DNA of 64,000 nucleotides, taken from NCBI RefSeq assembly GCF_009914755.1, contig NC_060934.1, one strand, 5' to 3'. Shown here piece by piece: positions 18,591-34,791 of the stretch (positions are counted from its first letter, which is position 1; the number at the start of each line of letters is the position of its first letter). The stretch is from the human T2T-CHM13v2.0 reference genome, Homo sapiens. A program made the position numbers and the translations under genes. A model generated the notes under the pieces. That model ran no database searches and was not told where the DNA came from. It was given only the letters and a program-made list of their open reading frames with translations.

Positions 18591-19469
18591 AAATAAAATG
18601 CTAAAGATGGGAAGGACCCTGGAGGAATCAACCAGACCAATCCCCTCATGTTATCAATGAGGAAGCCAGACAGGATGTGATAAATACATAAGGTTCCCTT
18701 GTCTTTAGCTTCTGAAACTCCTCTCAGTTAAATGTATTTCCATCATGTGGGTAATACACCATTCTTATAGGAAAGGAAAAACTCTCAGTTGTACTAGGGC
18801 AAGTATAATTCAATAGACAATACAGAGATCCAGAGGGAATCAAGAAATAATTTTGCATATTCCTTCTGTAATATGATCAACCATAGTAAATAAATGTTTA
18901 TAAGAAGGATGTAGTAAAAATAACAAGATTCACATTTATGAAATGTAGTTATAATTTTTTCTTATTCAAGTATTTGTGGGATCATCTTAGGCACATTTAG
19001 AATCCAAATAGTCTATTATAGAATTCTGTCTTCAAACTGTATTTAAAAAGGAGAGAAATGTTACCACTATAAATCCTTGATATGTTTGAAAATCCTGGTG
19101 TTATTTTCAGTTTTTCTCTGTAGAAAGCAATTTTCTCTGCTGACTAATATGGAAATTTAGCTGGAGTCCATCCTCCTCATTAGGTAGGATAATTTTTGTT
19201 AATGTAACATTATAAATCACTTAGTCTTATAAATATTCTGCTTTATTCCTTACCTCAGAAATCTTCTTATTTAAGATATTCAGTATCATTTTATCTTTCC
19301 TGAATTGGTTTGGTGTTTTTTTTTTTTTAATTGAGGACATTTTTATTCTTTAACTATCAATAAAATCATTTCCATAGTTCCAAAAATGTCCAGAAAATAC
19401 CATACAGTCTGGAAAAGCAAGAAAAGAACATTGAGAAACGGTTCAGTATTGACCCCAAATGTCCTTTAA

Positions 19470-19685
19470 TAATAACAGCTTCCATTTATTAAATTATCTT
19501 TATATGTTAGTCATGAGGGCTTTATTTAGTTTCACTTGTTGAATCTTTGGACAACTCTATGAAGTAAGTGGTACTAAGACCATTTTACAGACAAACTTGG
19601 CCAAGAACACCCACCTAGGAAGTTGGATTGGGATCTAGATCTGCTATACTGCCACGGCCAGGTTTTAATTTTTATGCTGCTCTGC
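19470..19685 (-). mobile_element. MIR
   Basis: acaactctatgaagtaagt ... ccattttacaga ... acttggccaagaacac. Confidence 0.65.
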
Positions 19686-20297
19686 CTTGCCCTCTAAGTG
19701 GACAGATGGAGGAGAAGCTTTACTAGGGACCAAGCGTGGGGTTTCGTTGTGCCTCTTTAAAAGGCCCAGCCCTGGTGGGGACTGTGACAGGACATTTGGC
19801 CAGGGCAGTTCTAACAAGGGTGATGCCAGCTGCTTGTGAAAAATTGAGTCTTGTGAAACCTTTCTGTAGCTTTACAATTTCTGTTTCAATGAGGAGCTTT
19901 CAGTTACATCTATTGACTGCTGCCAGTGAACTGACAATAAAATCAACAATGATACTTCCTTTGTACTTGGAAAGGAGGTGAAGCGGGGGTTATCTCAGAG
20001 TCAGAGAAAAAAAAATGTATCTTATTCTTTTTATAATCAGTCCCTAAAGTGTTTTCTGGAACTGTTGACATTCTTGTCAGAAACTGTGTCTTGGCTACAT
20101 GACTATACATTTTTGAAATTTGTAGTCTAAACCAACAGGTATTATCCAAAGACTTTAGTACATTATCACACATTGGGTAGCGGCCCCAATGTGTGATAAT
20201 CATGATTTCCAAGTACAGATGCAAGATGTCATGTGCGGACTATACTGTGTTTCCTAATTACAATCCTATCTTACATTGCTCCAGAGGTTCAGACTTT

Positions 20298-20795
20298 ACT
20301 AAAGGGGCCTCCTGTATTCTGGCCAGTTCTTGCTGTGCAGGAATAGAAGGGCTTGCATCTATTCTAATTTCTTTTTAAGCCAAAAAATCCAGATTTTTAT
20401 ATGAAATCCAGAGTTTTTTTCAAGAGAATTAAGTCATTTATTGATTACACATGATAATGGATGATCTATAAGCTTCATTCCCATCTATAATTTTATCTGG
20501 TCCCATTATTCAATTTAAATATATTGCATAGGATGCGCCAACAATCATTTTTATAACCGATAATTTCATGATTTTGCTTGGGTAATCCCTTTTAATGGTG
20601 AACTTCAGGTCACAACAGTAACTATCAATTCAACTACACCAAGGTTTCTGAAGACAATGCCTTCTTCACCCAAACAGAAATCCAGATTTTTATGTGAAGT
20701 TAGAATCTCCTAATTCTAGTTCTTAAATTTTAGCCAAGTTTTTTTTTTTTAGTTAATACTTGCAGATCAAAAGAAACAAAAAAATTTGTGCCTTA
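20298..20795 (+). mobile_element. MER102-like hAT MITE hosting the retrocopy
   Basis: ctaaagggg ... gccaaaaaatccagatttttat(a/g)tgaa ... atctcctaatt. Confidence 0.55.
20414..20677 (-). pseudogene. HNRNPA1: 5'-truncated processed retrocopy of the HNRNPA1 distal 3' UTR
   Basis: The reverse complement matches the HNRNPA1 mRNA end as I recall it (gaaaccttggtgtagttgaa ... ttactgttgtgacctgaagttcaccattaaaagggattacccaagcaaaatcatg ... atgtgtaatcaataaa ... ttaattctcttgaaa). Poly(A) remnant at 20414-20420; TSD gaaatccaga(g/t)tttt. Confidence 0.88.
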
Positions 20796-20870
20796 GGTTT
20801 TCTCTAGTAAATAATAATACTTCTGATGTCATAAGGTTATTGTGAGGATTAAATAAAATGATTAGAATAT
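20790..20870 (+). mobile_element. MIR fragment
   Basis: cataaggttattgtgaggattaaataa. Confidence 0.6.
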
Positions 20871-21574
20871 ATTTACCATTAACTTTTAGCTGCTTAATAA
20901 CTTTTAGCTACTTTAATAATAAGAAGAAGAAGATTTTACATTGCTTTCAGTACAGCAGTAAGAAAATATGTGCCAAAGTCACAATCTCTATACAAGCACT
21001 TCAGCAGTGACATAACACAAACATAAATAACACTTAGTTGTAGTATCATCTTAAAAAATAGTTAGGAAGCATTATTTGAATTTTTGTTATAAAGTACAAA
21101 TATTTTGTTTTGAGTGAGCAGATTATTTATGTGTATAAATACATACATGTAAATTAGATAAACCAAGGGACTAGCTAGAAATGCACTTTCCTGGTGTACA
21201 GCAATAGAACCACATCAAAATTGAAAGAAAGAAAAGCTTTGCTCATATGATTCAAAAAGCCATCACCCAGATTCCAAGATCATAACAACAAATTAGATAA
21301 GAAAATCAGAGTAATCATTGGAAAAGAAAAAATCCACAAGTGTAGGGTTGTGTGCATGATTACACACACATACCCCCCCCCCCAACACCGCCCACACACA
21401 CGCACAGATTTTTCAGGTTATATTTTGAGTTGTGTCAGCCAAAGTGCAATGTGCATTAAGGAACAATTCTACACACCCTCAGTTTTATGTTTTGAAAATT
21501 CTATTAGGGAAATTTGTTCTTAACATTTTAGCTTCACACTTTTGAAATCTATTGAGAATTCTCAATCATTTTGC

Positions 21575-21930
21575 ATTCGTTAAGATATATTAAGTTGCTC
21601 TACAGTAACCAACGATCCCCAAATAACAGCAGCTTAAATTTGTTCCTCACTCACATTACATGTTCAGTGTAGGTCAGTATAGGGGTTCTGCTTATTGTGG
21701 TCTCTCAGGGACCAAGGCTGACATGGTTTCCGTTGACCTCTGTTTCTGTGATCACCATGGCAGAGGCAAAGGTTTATCCCTGTTTTCCCTACCGTCTGTC
21801 TGTGACGTCTGGAGTAGTGAAAGATTAGCCTTGCCAATTGTGGATGAGGAGAAGGACAAACTACAAGGAGCATCTCTGATTGCTTCAGTATTTTTAGTCT
21901 GCACACACAAAGGCAGAGCTCATAGTCAAT
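21575..21930 (-). mobile_element. MLT1K-like MaLR LTR
   Basis: cagtaaccaacgatccccaaataacagcagcttaa ... tctcagggaccaaggctgac. Confidence 0.6.
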
Positions 21931-22689
21931 TATGTCTGAGCAATTGTTTTTGTCACAGAGAAATTGAGCAAAAAGTTCAACCATTCTTTACTCATGGATT
22001 TCAATCAGGTATCAAATGAGAAGCTAATCAATAAGCCAGGACAGAGAAAGAAACAGATGATAGAGTTTTGGGCAGAACTATGAGGTGGGGGCTTAGAAGA
22101 CTTTCTATCTGCCTCTAGCCTAAGCAGGATGGTTCCGGCAATGGGAACTGGTGACACTGTACTCATTACCAGGCTTCTCTACTTGCTACTCCAAAACTAC
22201 CTCTTCCTGCCCATGGGGTAGCTTGGCTATAGTGGAGTGAGTTAAGTCCCTGGAAATCTTTGTCTTATTCACCTTGAAAGTTGAGTTGACTGGGAAGAGC
22301 CTCTCTATTCTCAAGAGTAGGGGACGTCAGCTTCTAAATCTTAGAGAAGTGCTAAATATTTATACTAATTGAACTTAAGAATCATTCAGCCTGATTTATA
22401 CATGGTTGTTAAATATAGAGGAAAACTCAGTATAACCTGTGGTTCTGTTAACTATTAAACTGTTAAATTTTCTGGAGATAAGTGCTCCTTATGATTTAAA
22501 CAAACAAACACAAGAGCAATTATTGGAGAGGCGATTCAATTCGGTAAACAGTTACCGAACTCCTACAACTGGATTTCAGTAATTGCAGGGCTTGAGATAG
22601 GATAGATTTGAAGATAAAAATGTTTTAACCTTGGAGCACAGATAACCAGACATCTTACTTCCCCTTTTAATTTCATACAACCCGGCATT

Positions 22690-23515
22690 TGTTCTTCTCT
22701 AAACTCATATATCACTCAGTCATGAAAGACTTCTTAGTTACCAAATCCAATTGTCGCTTCTTATTCCTTATAATATGTGTCCTCTCTTGGGAATTTAATA
22801 TGACTCATAATTTCTTCCTCAAAACAATCACCTTATCTTTTGTAACCCCATACTTTTCTAGGTTTTTTTGCCAATTTTATTGGCTATTATATTGTCACCT
22901 TTACAAGCTATGAGTCTTCCAGTTTTCCCTTCAGCATAGGTATTCACCACAGTGAAGTACTCACTAAACTTTCCTGAAGTTACTTTGTTACATTAATATG
23001 CATATGCAAATGATCTAAAATGTATGGCACTCTTCCATTTATTATTTCAGAAGACAGCCTTATGTGTTAATTGCATAGCCACCCCTCCTATAATCTCTAA
23101 CTCACCCTGTTTCATACTGAGCTCATCATCTTCCTCAAACTTCATCCTTCTTTTCCCATTTTATTGAATGGCAATATTTGTTCAAGGAAACTGGATCTTC
23201 CTTGTTTCCCTCCCTTTTTAAATTTCTAAATTTAAATTCTGTTTATTCAGCCTTGTCAGAATCTCACAAATATTATCCCTTCTGTTCAATCTAGTGTGGG
23301 CTGGGGGTTAGGTGCCTCTTTCCATGTGTTGTCTCAACAACTGATTTATATCTCTATCATAGCAATTTATGTGCCATTATTATGAATCCTTAATTTTATT
23401 TAACTTTTTTCCCTGTTGCTGATGGCCTCCTCGAGTCCTGGAACATTTATTTCTCAATTCACAGCATTTATAACATTTCTTTCATATAATGCATAACTAA
23501 ACCACAAATGAATAA
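22690..23515 (+). mobile_element. L2 (degenerate ORF2 end and tail)
   Basis: gttaccaaatccaattg, actgagctcatcatcttcctc, aaatgaataaa tail. Confidence 0.6.
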
Positions 23516-24899
23516 AGTTAGTAGTGCAGAGATGCTGACAATTAAAGCTATGCCTGATAATTTTGTTTTCTGAAAGTAAATGACAATGTCCTTAAATTTT
23601 CGACAAGGGGCTAACTGGATTTGTACCTAGAGGTAGTGAAATGATCTGTGTAGGCATAGTACTGGATTCTAAGGAATGAGTCAACAGGACTTGTGAAAAA
23701 TCTCCCATTTCTTGCATCTTATATCTTTGATACTTCCATTTATCATGCTGGGGGTAGAGAGTATGAGAAAAGCTAAAATTATAATTTTTTGTTTGTTTGT
23801 TTCCCAAGTGTACTTGTTATGATGCTGGCTTAAAAACAATTTTTTTAAAAATTTTTTTGCTTGCATAAACACATACTTGGGCAGAATCAAAGGAAATGAC
23901 AAATAGAATTTACAATTCTTAAAGATTTTCTAAATGTATGTGAAATATGCATTCCTGGTACAGAAGCTTATGACATTCATATTAGAAACAACCCATTTCT
24001 CCTGAATTCTTACAAACTTTTTAGATGACAGTTCTCATTTTGTTTTTGGGCTTTCTTGGAGGAATTGATATAGTTAGAAGAGGAAGTATAAGAGATTTAT
24101 GAGAAGATTTTCATAATGATTCACAGAAATTCAGAAAGAATTATTTTGCTGTTTAGTTAGCAGGAGTGCCTTCTTTTAAAATTTAGCTTTACACTCTAGA
24201 GTTGGAAAACACTTTAAGAAAATTACAGAAACAAAGATGAGGTACTCTCAGTACCAGACCTAATGTCCATAATGCCATTTCTAGGTTTTCCAGACCACTT
24301 CATAGGACTTGATTTACAAGTATGAAATAGTTCTTCACATGCAAGCAGGGACTGTTGTATATTTCATATGATTTTATTGTGGCCATATTCTATGCCGCTA
24401 TGAGCTCTTAGGAGGAAAGTCATTAAATAAACCGATTAAATAAAAAATAAATTAATATGAATCTGACTCTCTCTCCTGCAATGTTGGCCTGTTTTGAATG
24501 TTTAACCTAATTTAATATTTCCAGGGGCTTTAAGCTATTATGTGCTCTCAGAAAGAGCATATTGAAACAGGCCATGGTTTGTAAATCTTGGCAGATGTTT
24601 AAGAACTAAGTCTTTGGTTAGTCTGAATTCTTTTCGTTCCAGTCTGACTTAAGAAATCAGATCCAAGAGTTGTACATACCATCTGTATTCAAAGATTCTC
24701 TGAACTGCCTGTTTATTTACTGTTTAATTTTGTGGTAGTTTATCTAACTTCTTAGAAATAATACTGTGTTTTCCTTTTTATGTTAACTAAAAATGAGAGA
24801 CTTCTGGTCAGCATGCTAAGGATAGTCTCTACTCAGGAATATTTAAATGCCTGATTTCCACTGACTGAGAGTGCCAAAGTCCAAAAATTCATCCAAATA

Positions 24900-25550
24900 C
24901 AGTAGTTCCCCCTTATCCACAGTTTCACTTTCTGTGGCCCGAAAATATTAAATGGAAAATTCCAAAAATAAACAACTTATAAGTTTTAATTTGCATGCTG
25001 GTCTGAGTAGTGTGATGAAAGCCTGAGCCCACACTGTTCCACTGAGTATGTGAATCATCCCTTAGTCCAGCATATCCATACTTATACGCTATCTGCCTGT
25101 TAGTCATCGACATCGTCCGCTCCTGACTTCCAACCATCAACATTGTCTTGGCTTCATGATCTAAAATCACCTGAAGCAGATGATCTTTCTTCTGACATGT
25201 CATCAGAAGGTCAATAGTAGGCTAATACAATGTTCATGATGCCTATGTCATTCACCTCTCTTCATCTCACATCATCACAAGAAGAAGGGTAAACACAGTA
25301 CATTAAGATATTTTGAGAAAGAGACAGAGACCATATACACGTAAGTTTTATTAAAGTATGTTGTTAAAATTGTTGTATTTCTTATTAGTTATTAGTCTCT
25401 TACTGTGCTTAATTTATAAATTAAACTTTATCACAGGTAGGTTTGTATAGGAGAAAAGATAGTATATATAGGATTTGGTACTATCTGCAAGTTTTAGACA
25501 GCCACTGGGGATCTTGCAATGTATCCCCTATGGATAAGAGGGGGTCATTG
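24900..25550 (+). mobile_element. MER44 (Tigger7 derivative, TcMar)
   Basis: TIRs cagtagttcccccttatcc / ggataagagggggtcattg; TA on the left; internal gaaaatattaaatggaaaattcca. Confidence 0.85.
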
Positions 25551-25839
25551 TTGGCTTTTTATGAATCTGAACCTAAATGTGGTTTAGAGCAAGGTGGAAA
25601 GACATTTGAATTTTACTTTAAGAGGGCATTAATGTCATTCCCCTTCTTTAAAGTGATTGGAAACTACAATCTTAAGCATTCCTTTCTTCTTAAACTTTGT
25701 ATGATCCTAATACATATGTCATTTTTATCCCTTTTCCTTCTTTCTTACTCACCCCTCTTCCCACTGAGAAGACACCTGCACATGTGATGTCCTCCAAGGA
25801 TTGTGTGACATCAGGGGTATCCCTAGTCACATTTTAGTA

Positions 25840-26020
25840 CTTCTCTGGAGTCAGAGTACCCAAAATCAAGTCCCACTTTTGCTATTTCCCTTCTAGATAT
25901 ATGACTCTGAGCAAACTGTTTAGTCTTCTAAAGCTTAGTTCCTTCATCAGGTAAAATGGGAATAATATCATTGTATGTACTTCAGAAAGTTTTTGCAAGC
26001 TTCTGGAAAGATTAAATAGA
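25840..26020 (+). mobile_element. MIR
   Basis: tctctggagtcaga ... gtaaaatgggaataata. Confidence 0.7.
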
Positions 26021-27393
26021 ATATATTATTAATACTATTTTATCATTTGTATTATTTTTGCAGTGGACACTGATAGGGAAAGGGTATGTGGATAGACCCA
26101 GCAAGGAGAATGAATTTTATAGTGTATGAGTATGTACACTTTTAAGAAGTAAAGTCTAAAAATTCTTCTCGTTATGTGTTAGTGCTTGGTTCAGCTTTCC
26201 TTAGTTTATCCTATGAATCCTCTATTCTGTTTTGACCACTTCAGCTATTATCTTATTTTATTCTCTTAGTGTTGCTCCACTGTCACCACACATTAATTGC
26301 CAGAATTGAACATTATTTTGCATTATTTCCTTTTTTAGAATCTAAACTTATTTAATGTAATATTGCTACAATAGCTATAGCAGAACTCACACAGAAATTT
26401 TTATTTGCTGTAGAAAATATGTCACATACGGCCAAATTGAGAATCCTTCTGCCTTGTTGTGATTGGTACTGGATCCTATTTGGTTTTGTTGATTTTAAAA
26501 CCATAATTAATTTTTTTAAATCCACAAAAAATAAAATCCACAATTGATTACAACCCTGAACAGATACATACAAACTCTGAAGGATGTAAAGAAGTAAAGC
26601 ACAGGCTTAACATTGCTTTGCTTCTTTATACCATATTATTTATATAAAATCAAGAGCAAAGTCTGATCTCATTGTCAACTCTCTTCTTTCTTGATGAGTT
26701 TATAAACTTAATTTTTTTTTTTTAATTTTGAGAAACACCACTATCTTGGTCATGTCCTTAACATGCTTTAACTTGTCTTTTTTGGCCTCTGGTAAGTACT
26801 TTAGGGAGTAGAGTCCTTAAATATGTTGAGTGGCCATGAAACAGCATTTTAACTTACCAGTGGGAATAATACATATATATTTGGTAAATGCAAGAGTACT
26901 ATATAACTGTAGAAGAAAAATCTTTGATTTTCTCTCAAATCTACTAAAATGTGGTTTGCTATGAAAAGTTATGCTGATGAGTGATCCTGTTTACAATCTC
27001 TTAGTTATTCCTATAGGTGACTTAGATACTCAGAAAAACTGAGACTATTTGTTGAATTCCTAGAAAATTTAAAACATTCAATGAATGGAGTCTTTTATAT
27101 ACTTGATTTGCTTCATACTGCCTTTGAATTAAAATTAATGAAAAATTTCTATAGCCTTATAGCTGCCCCTAGTCCCCACCAGAAACTTAAAGAGTCAGGT
27201 AATTGGTCATTCTCTGTTGCTTTTAGCTCTATTCTTTTTTTCATGACTTCTCTTTATTCTTTGCAAGACAGGTATACCAAATATCCCCTGCTTTTTTTGG
27301 TTGGAGTGAAAAATAAGCCCTTGTCTTTTTTCCTTTTAAACATTTGGGACTCTGTCTTATTTATTTCAGGAAAACCCTTCTCTTATTTTGGGG

Positions 27394-27465
27394 ATCAGCT
27401 TTCTACTGATAATCAGCCCTCTATTAATAATTAGCCCTCTACTGATGGTCAGTCCTCTACTGATA
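27394..27465. repeat. 18-bp minisatellite, 4 copies (consensus atcagccctctactgata)
   Basis: atcagctttctactgata / atcagccctctattaata / attagccctctactgatg / gtcagtcctctactgata. Confidence 0.92.
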
Positions 27466-28161
27466 AATATATGATCCCAGGAAACGTACTTTTCTCCAAA
27501 GGTTAATCCTGGCTGCTCTTAAATAACTCTACTGCTATGGAAAAGAGAGACCCTTTTGATGTGATATGTGAATATAGGGCTGGGTCAAGGCCTCTGTTTA
27601 TAGCTCTTGCCACTGGTACAAGTTTGGATACCTATGATGGCTATACTGGTTTTTCAAAGTTCAAGGAAAAATGGGCCCTACCTCTCATGTAGTGTCAGCC
27701 AGGGATATTTTTCACCAAAGCTGAGTGGGATCCCAGACATCAAGCTTTACAGAGTCATTTAAACATGCAAGTCCTGCCAGGCCATTCTGTTTCTGAGGAG
27801 TGAGGGGAGGGTTTTTTGGGACCTTCAAGCACCACTTCTCTTCAACTTTGCCATGTTATTACTTCCCTTAACTTTCGTCTTCTTCTCTCTCTTTTTTCTT
27901 TCACCAAAGCACCAAGCCCATAACCATTTCCTATTCTAGAATGAGTAACACATCCTTTTGAGGGAAAATTCTCATCAGATCACAGTAGATATTGTAATGA
28001 TCATTATCTATATGATGAAAGTGAGAGATAGAACAATTTTACTTCTCAATATCCAAGTTTGGGGAACACAATCAAAGCTAGATAGAGAAAAGTATCAACT
28101 TACCATTGTAGTAATTCCATCTGTTCCCCTCTCTGCCACTTGTTACATAGCAAAAAAATCA

Positions 28162-28262
28162 CTCTATTTTATTAAATTTCAGGATCCATCCATTGTAAGA
28201 TACATCCTAATTTGAGGAACAATAAATCAAAAACAGAGCATCTTAGAATCAGTGAAATTTAG
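28162..28262 (-). mobile_element. MER104-like TcMar-Tc2 MITE (short)
   Basis: catccattgtaagatacatcc ... gcatcttagaatcagtgaaatttag. Confidence 0.5.
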
Positions 28263-28329
28263 TACATAGCATATATGTATGGTTTAGGGATTTCTTTTCT
28301 TTTGTTCCATGTATTTTCTTATGCTTTCT

Positions 28330-28556
28330 TTTAAACAAATGTAAAATATTTGGAAAATGCAAAAGATAATAAGGAATAGTATAATGAACACTTAAGCACC
28401 AACTATGAGACTTAAGAAATAGAAGTTTATAATTAAAATTGAAACCTTCAGTGTATCCTCTCATGTACAATATTCTGTCTCAGTCACTGTAAGAAATTCT
28501 ACATTGAATTTAACATTCACATGCTTTTATTTATATTTTGATCACACGTGCTTATG
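28330..28556 (-). mobile_element. Ancient L1ME 3' fragment (host of the L1PA3; resumes at about 34734 and 35080-35200)
   Basis: gaatagtataatgaacact ... cttaagaaatagaa ... ttgaaaccttcagtgtatcctctc. Confidence 0.5.
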
Positions 28557-28788
28557 TTTTTTTATTATTTTATTTTATTATTATTATACTTTAAGTTTTA
28601 GGGTACATGTGCACAATGTGCAGGTTAGTTACATATGTATACATGTGCCATGCTGGTGTGCTGCACCCATTAACTCGTCATTTAACATTAGGTATATCTC
28701 CTAAATGCTATCCCTCCTCCCTCCCCCGACCCCACAACAGTCCCCAGAGTGTGATGTTCCCCGTCCTGTGTCCATCTGTTCTCATTGT

Positions 28789-32614
<3,826 letters not shown>

Positions 32615-32677
32615 TATGATGTTAGCTGGTTATTTTGCTCATTAGTTGATGCAGTTTCTTCCTAGCCTCGATGGTCT

Positions 32678-33698
32678 TTACAATTTGGCATGATTTTGCA
32701 GTGGCTGGTATGGGTTGTTCCTTTCCATGTTTAGTGCTTCCTTCAGGAGCTCTTTTAGGGCAGGCCTGGTGGTGACAAAATCTCTCAGCATTTGCTTGTC
32801 TGTAAAGGATTTTATTTCTCCTTCACTTATGAAGCTTAGTTTGGCTGGATATGAAATTCTGGGTTGAAAATTCTTTTCTTTAAGAATGTTGAATATTGGC
32901 CCCCACTCTCTTCTGGCTTGTAGAGTTTCTGCTGAGAGATCCGCTGTTAGTCTGATGGGCTTCTCTTTGTGGGTAACCCGACCTTTCTCTCTGGCTGCCC
33001 TTAACATTTTTTCCTTCATTTCAACTTTGGTGAATCTGACAATTATGTGTCTTGGAGTTGCTCTTCTCAAGGAGTATCTTTGTGGCGTTCTCTGTATTTC
33101 CTGAATCTGAATGTTGGCCTGCCTTGCTAGATTGGGGAAGTTCTCCTGGATAATATCCTGCAGAGTGTTTTCCAACTTGGTTCCATTCTCCCCGTCAATT
33201 TCATTCAGATATACCAATCAGACGTAGATTTGGTCTTCTCACATAGTCCCATATTTCTTGGAGGCTTTGTTCATTTCTTTTTATTCTTTTTTCTCTAAAC
33301 TTCCCTTCTCACTTCATTTCATTCATTTGATCTTCCATCACTGATACCCTTTCTTCCAGTTGATCGCATCGGCTCCTGAGCCTTCTGCATTCTTCCCATA
33401 GTTCTCGAGCCTTGGCTTTCAGCTCCATCAGCTCCTTTAAGCACTTCTCTGTGTTGTTTATTCTAGTTATACATTCGTCTAAATTTTTTCCAAAGTTTTC
33501 AGCTTCTTTGCCTTTGGTTTGAATTTCCTCCTGTAGCTCGGAGTAGTTTGATCGCCTGAAGCCTTCTTCTCTCAACTCGTCAAAGTCATTCTCTGTCCAG
33601 CTTTGTTCCGTTGCTGGTGAGGAGCTGTGTTCCTTTGGAAGAGGAGAGGCTCTCTGCTTTTTAGAGTTTCCAGTTTTTCTGCTCTGTTTTTTCCCCAT
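32678..33698 (-). pseudogene. L1 ORF1 (RNA-binding chaperone), disrupted
   Basis: MGKKQSRKTGNSK start; REKG, ARR and YPAKLS motifs; stop at 33309 and a 4-nt insertion frameshift near 33200. Confidence 0.97.
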
Positions 33699-34733
33699 CT
33701 TTGTGGTTTTATCTACTTTTGGTCTTTGATGATGGTGATGTACAGATGGGTTTTTGGTGCAGATGTCCTTTCTGTTTGTTAGTTTTCCTCCTAAGAGACA
33801 GGACCCTCAGCTGCAGGTCTGTTGGAGTTTGCTAGAGGTCCACTCCAGACACTGTTTGCCTGAGTACCAGCAGCAGTGGCTGCAGAAGAGCGGATTTTCA
33901 TGAACCGCGAATGCTGCTGTGTGATCGTTCCTCTGGAAGTTTTGTCTCAGAGGAGTACCCAGCCGTGTGAGGTGTCAGTCTACCCCTACTGGGGGGTGCC
34001 TCCCAGTTAGGCTGCTCAGGGGTCAGGGGTCAGGGACCCACCTGAGGAGGCAGTCTGCCTGTTCTCAGATCTCCAGCTGCATGCTGGGAGAACCACTGCT
34101 CTCTTCAAAGCTGTCAGACAGGGACATTTAAGTCTACAGAGGTTACTGCTGTCTTTTTGTTTGTCTGTGCCCTGCCCCCAGATGTGGAGCCTACAGAGGC
34201 AGGCAGGCCTCCTTGAGCTGTGGTGGGCTCCACCCAGTTCGAGCTTCCCAGCTGCTTTGTTTACCTAAGCAAGCCTGGGCAATGGCAGGCTCCCCTCCCC
34301 CAGCCTCGCTGCTGCCTTGCAGTTTGATCTCAGACTGCTGTGCTAGCAATCAGCGAGACTCCGTGGGCGTAGGACCCTCGGAGCCAGGTGTGGGATATAA
34401 TCTCCTGGTGCGCCGTTTTTTAAGCTCGTCAGAAAAGCGCAGTATTGGGGTGGGAGTGACCCGATTTTCCAGGTGCCGTCTGTCACCCCTTTCTTTGACT
34501 AGGAAAGGGAACTCCCTGACCCCTTGCACTTCCCAAGTGAGGCAATGCCTCGCCCTGCTTCGGCTCGCGCATGGTGCGCTGCACCCACTGTCTTCCGCCC
34601 ACTGTCTGGCACTCCCTAGTGAGATGAACCCGGTACCTCAGATGGAAATGCAGAAATCACCCGTCTTCTGCGTTGCTCAGCCTGGGAGCTGTAGACGGGA
34701 GCTGTTCCTATTCGGCCATCTTGGCTCCCCTCC
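33699..34733. promoter_or_regulatory. L1 5'UTR with sense promoter (minus) and antisense promoter (plus, approx. 34130-34330)
   Basis: Intact YY1 site (34713-34723) and RUNX3 site (34634-34652); CpG-rich; antisense promoter position taken from established L1 5'UTR architecture. Confidence 0.8.
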
Positions 34734-34791
34734 TGCTGTTTGTTTTAAATTCATAAAGTGTGAAGGACACTCAAGCAGGTTCATGGGCTGA
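34282..34791 (+). CDS. L1 antisense ORF0, extended to 169 aa with its stop in flanking DNA (expression unknown)
   Basis: gcaATGG Kozak; MAGSPPPASLLPCSLISDCCASNQRDSVGVGPSEPG matches ORF0; SD1 after 34387 and SD2 after 34472; open frame to TGA at 34789-34791. Confidence 0.55.
   Translation: MAGSPPPASLLPCSLISDCCASNQRDSVGVGPSEPGVGYNLLVRRFLSSSEKRSIGVGVTRFSRCRLSPLSLTRKGNSLTPCTSQVRQCLALLRLAHGALHPLSSAHCLALPSEMNPVPQMEMQKSPVFCVAQPGSCRRELFLFGHLGSPPAVCFKFIKCEGHSSRFMG

Noticed and set aside
27081-27434. 117-aa ATG ORF
   Set aside because: Weak Kozak context, F/L/S/K-biased composition typical of AT-rich non-coding DNA, ends inside the minisatellite
27394-27465. Direct repeats as a CRISPR-like array
   Set aside because: Units are contiguous with no spacers, there are no cas genes, and the context is primate DNA
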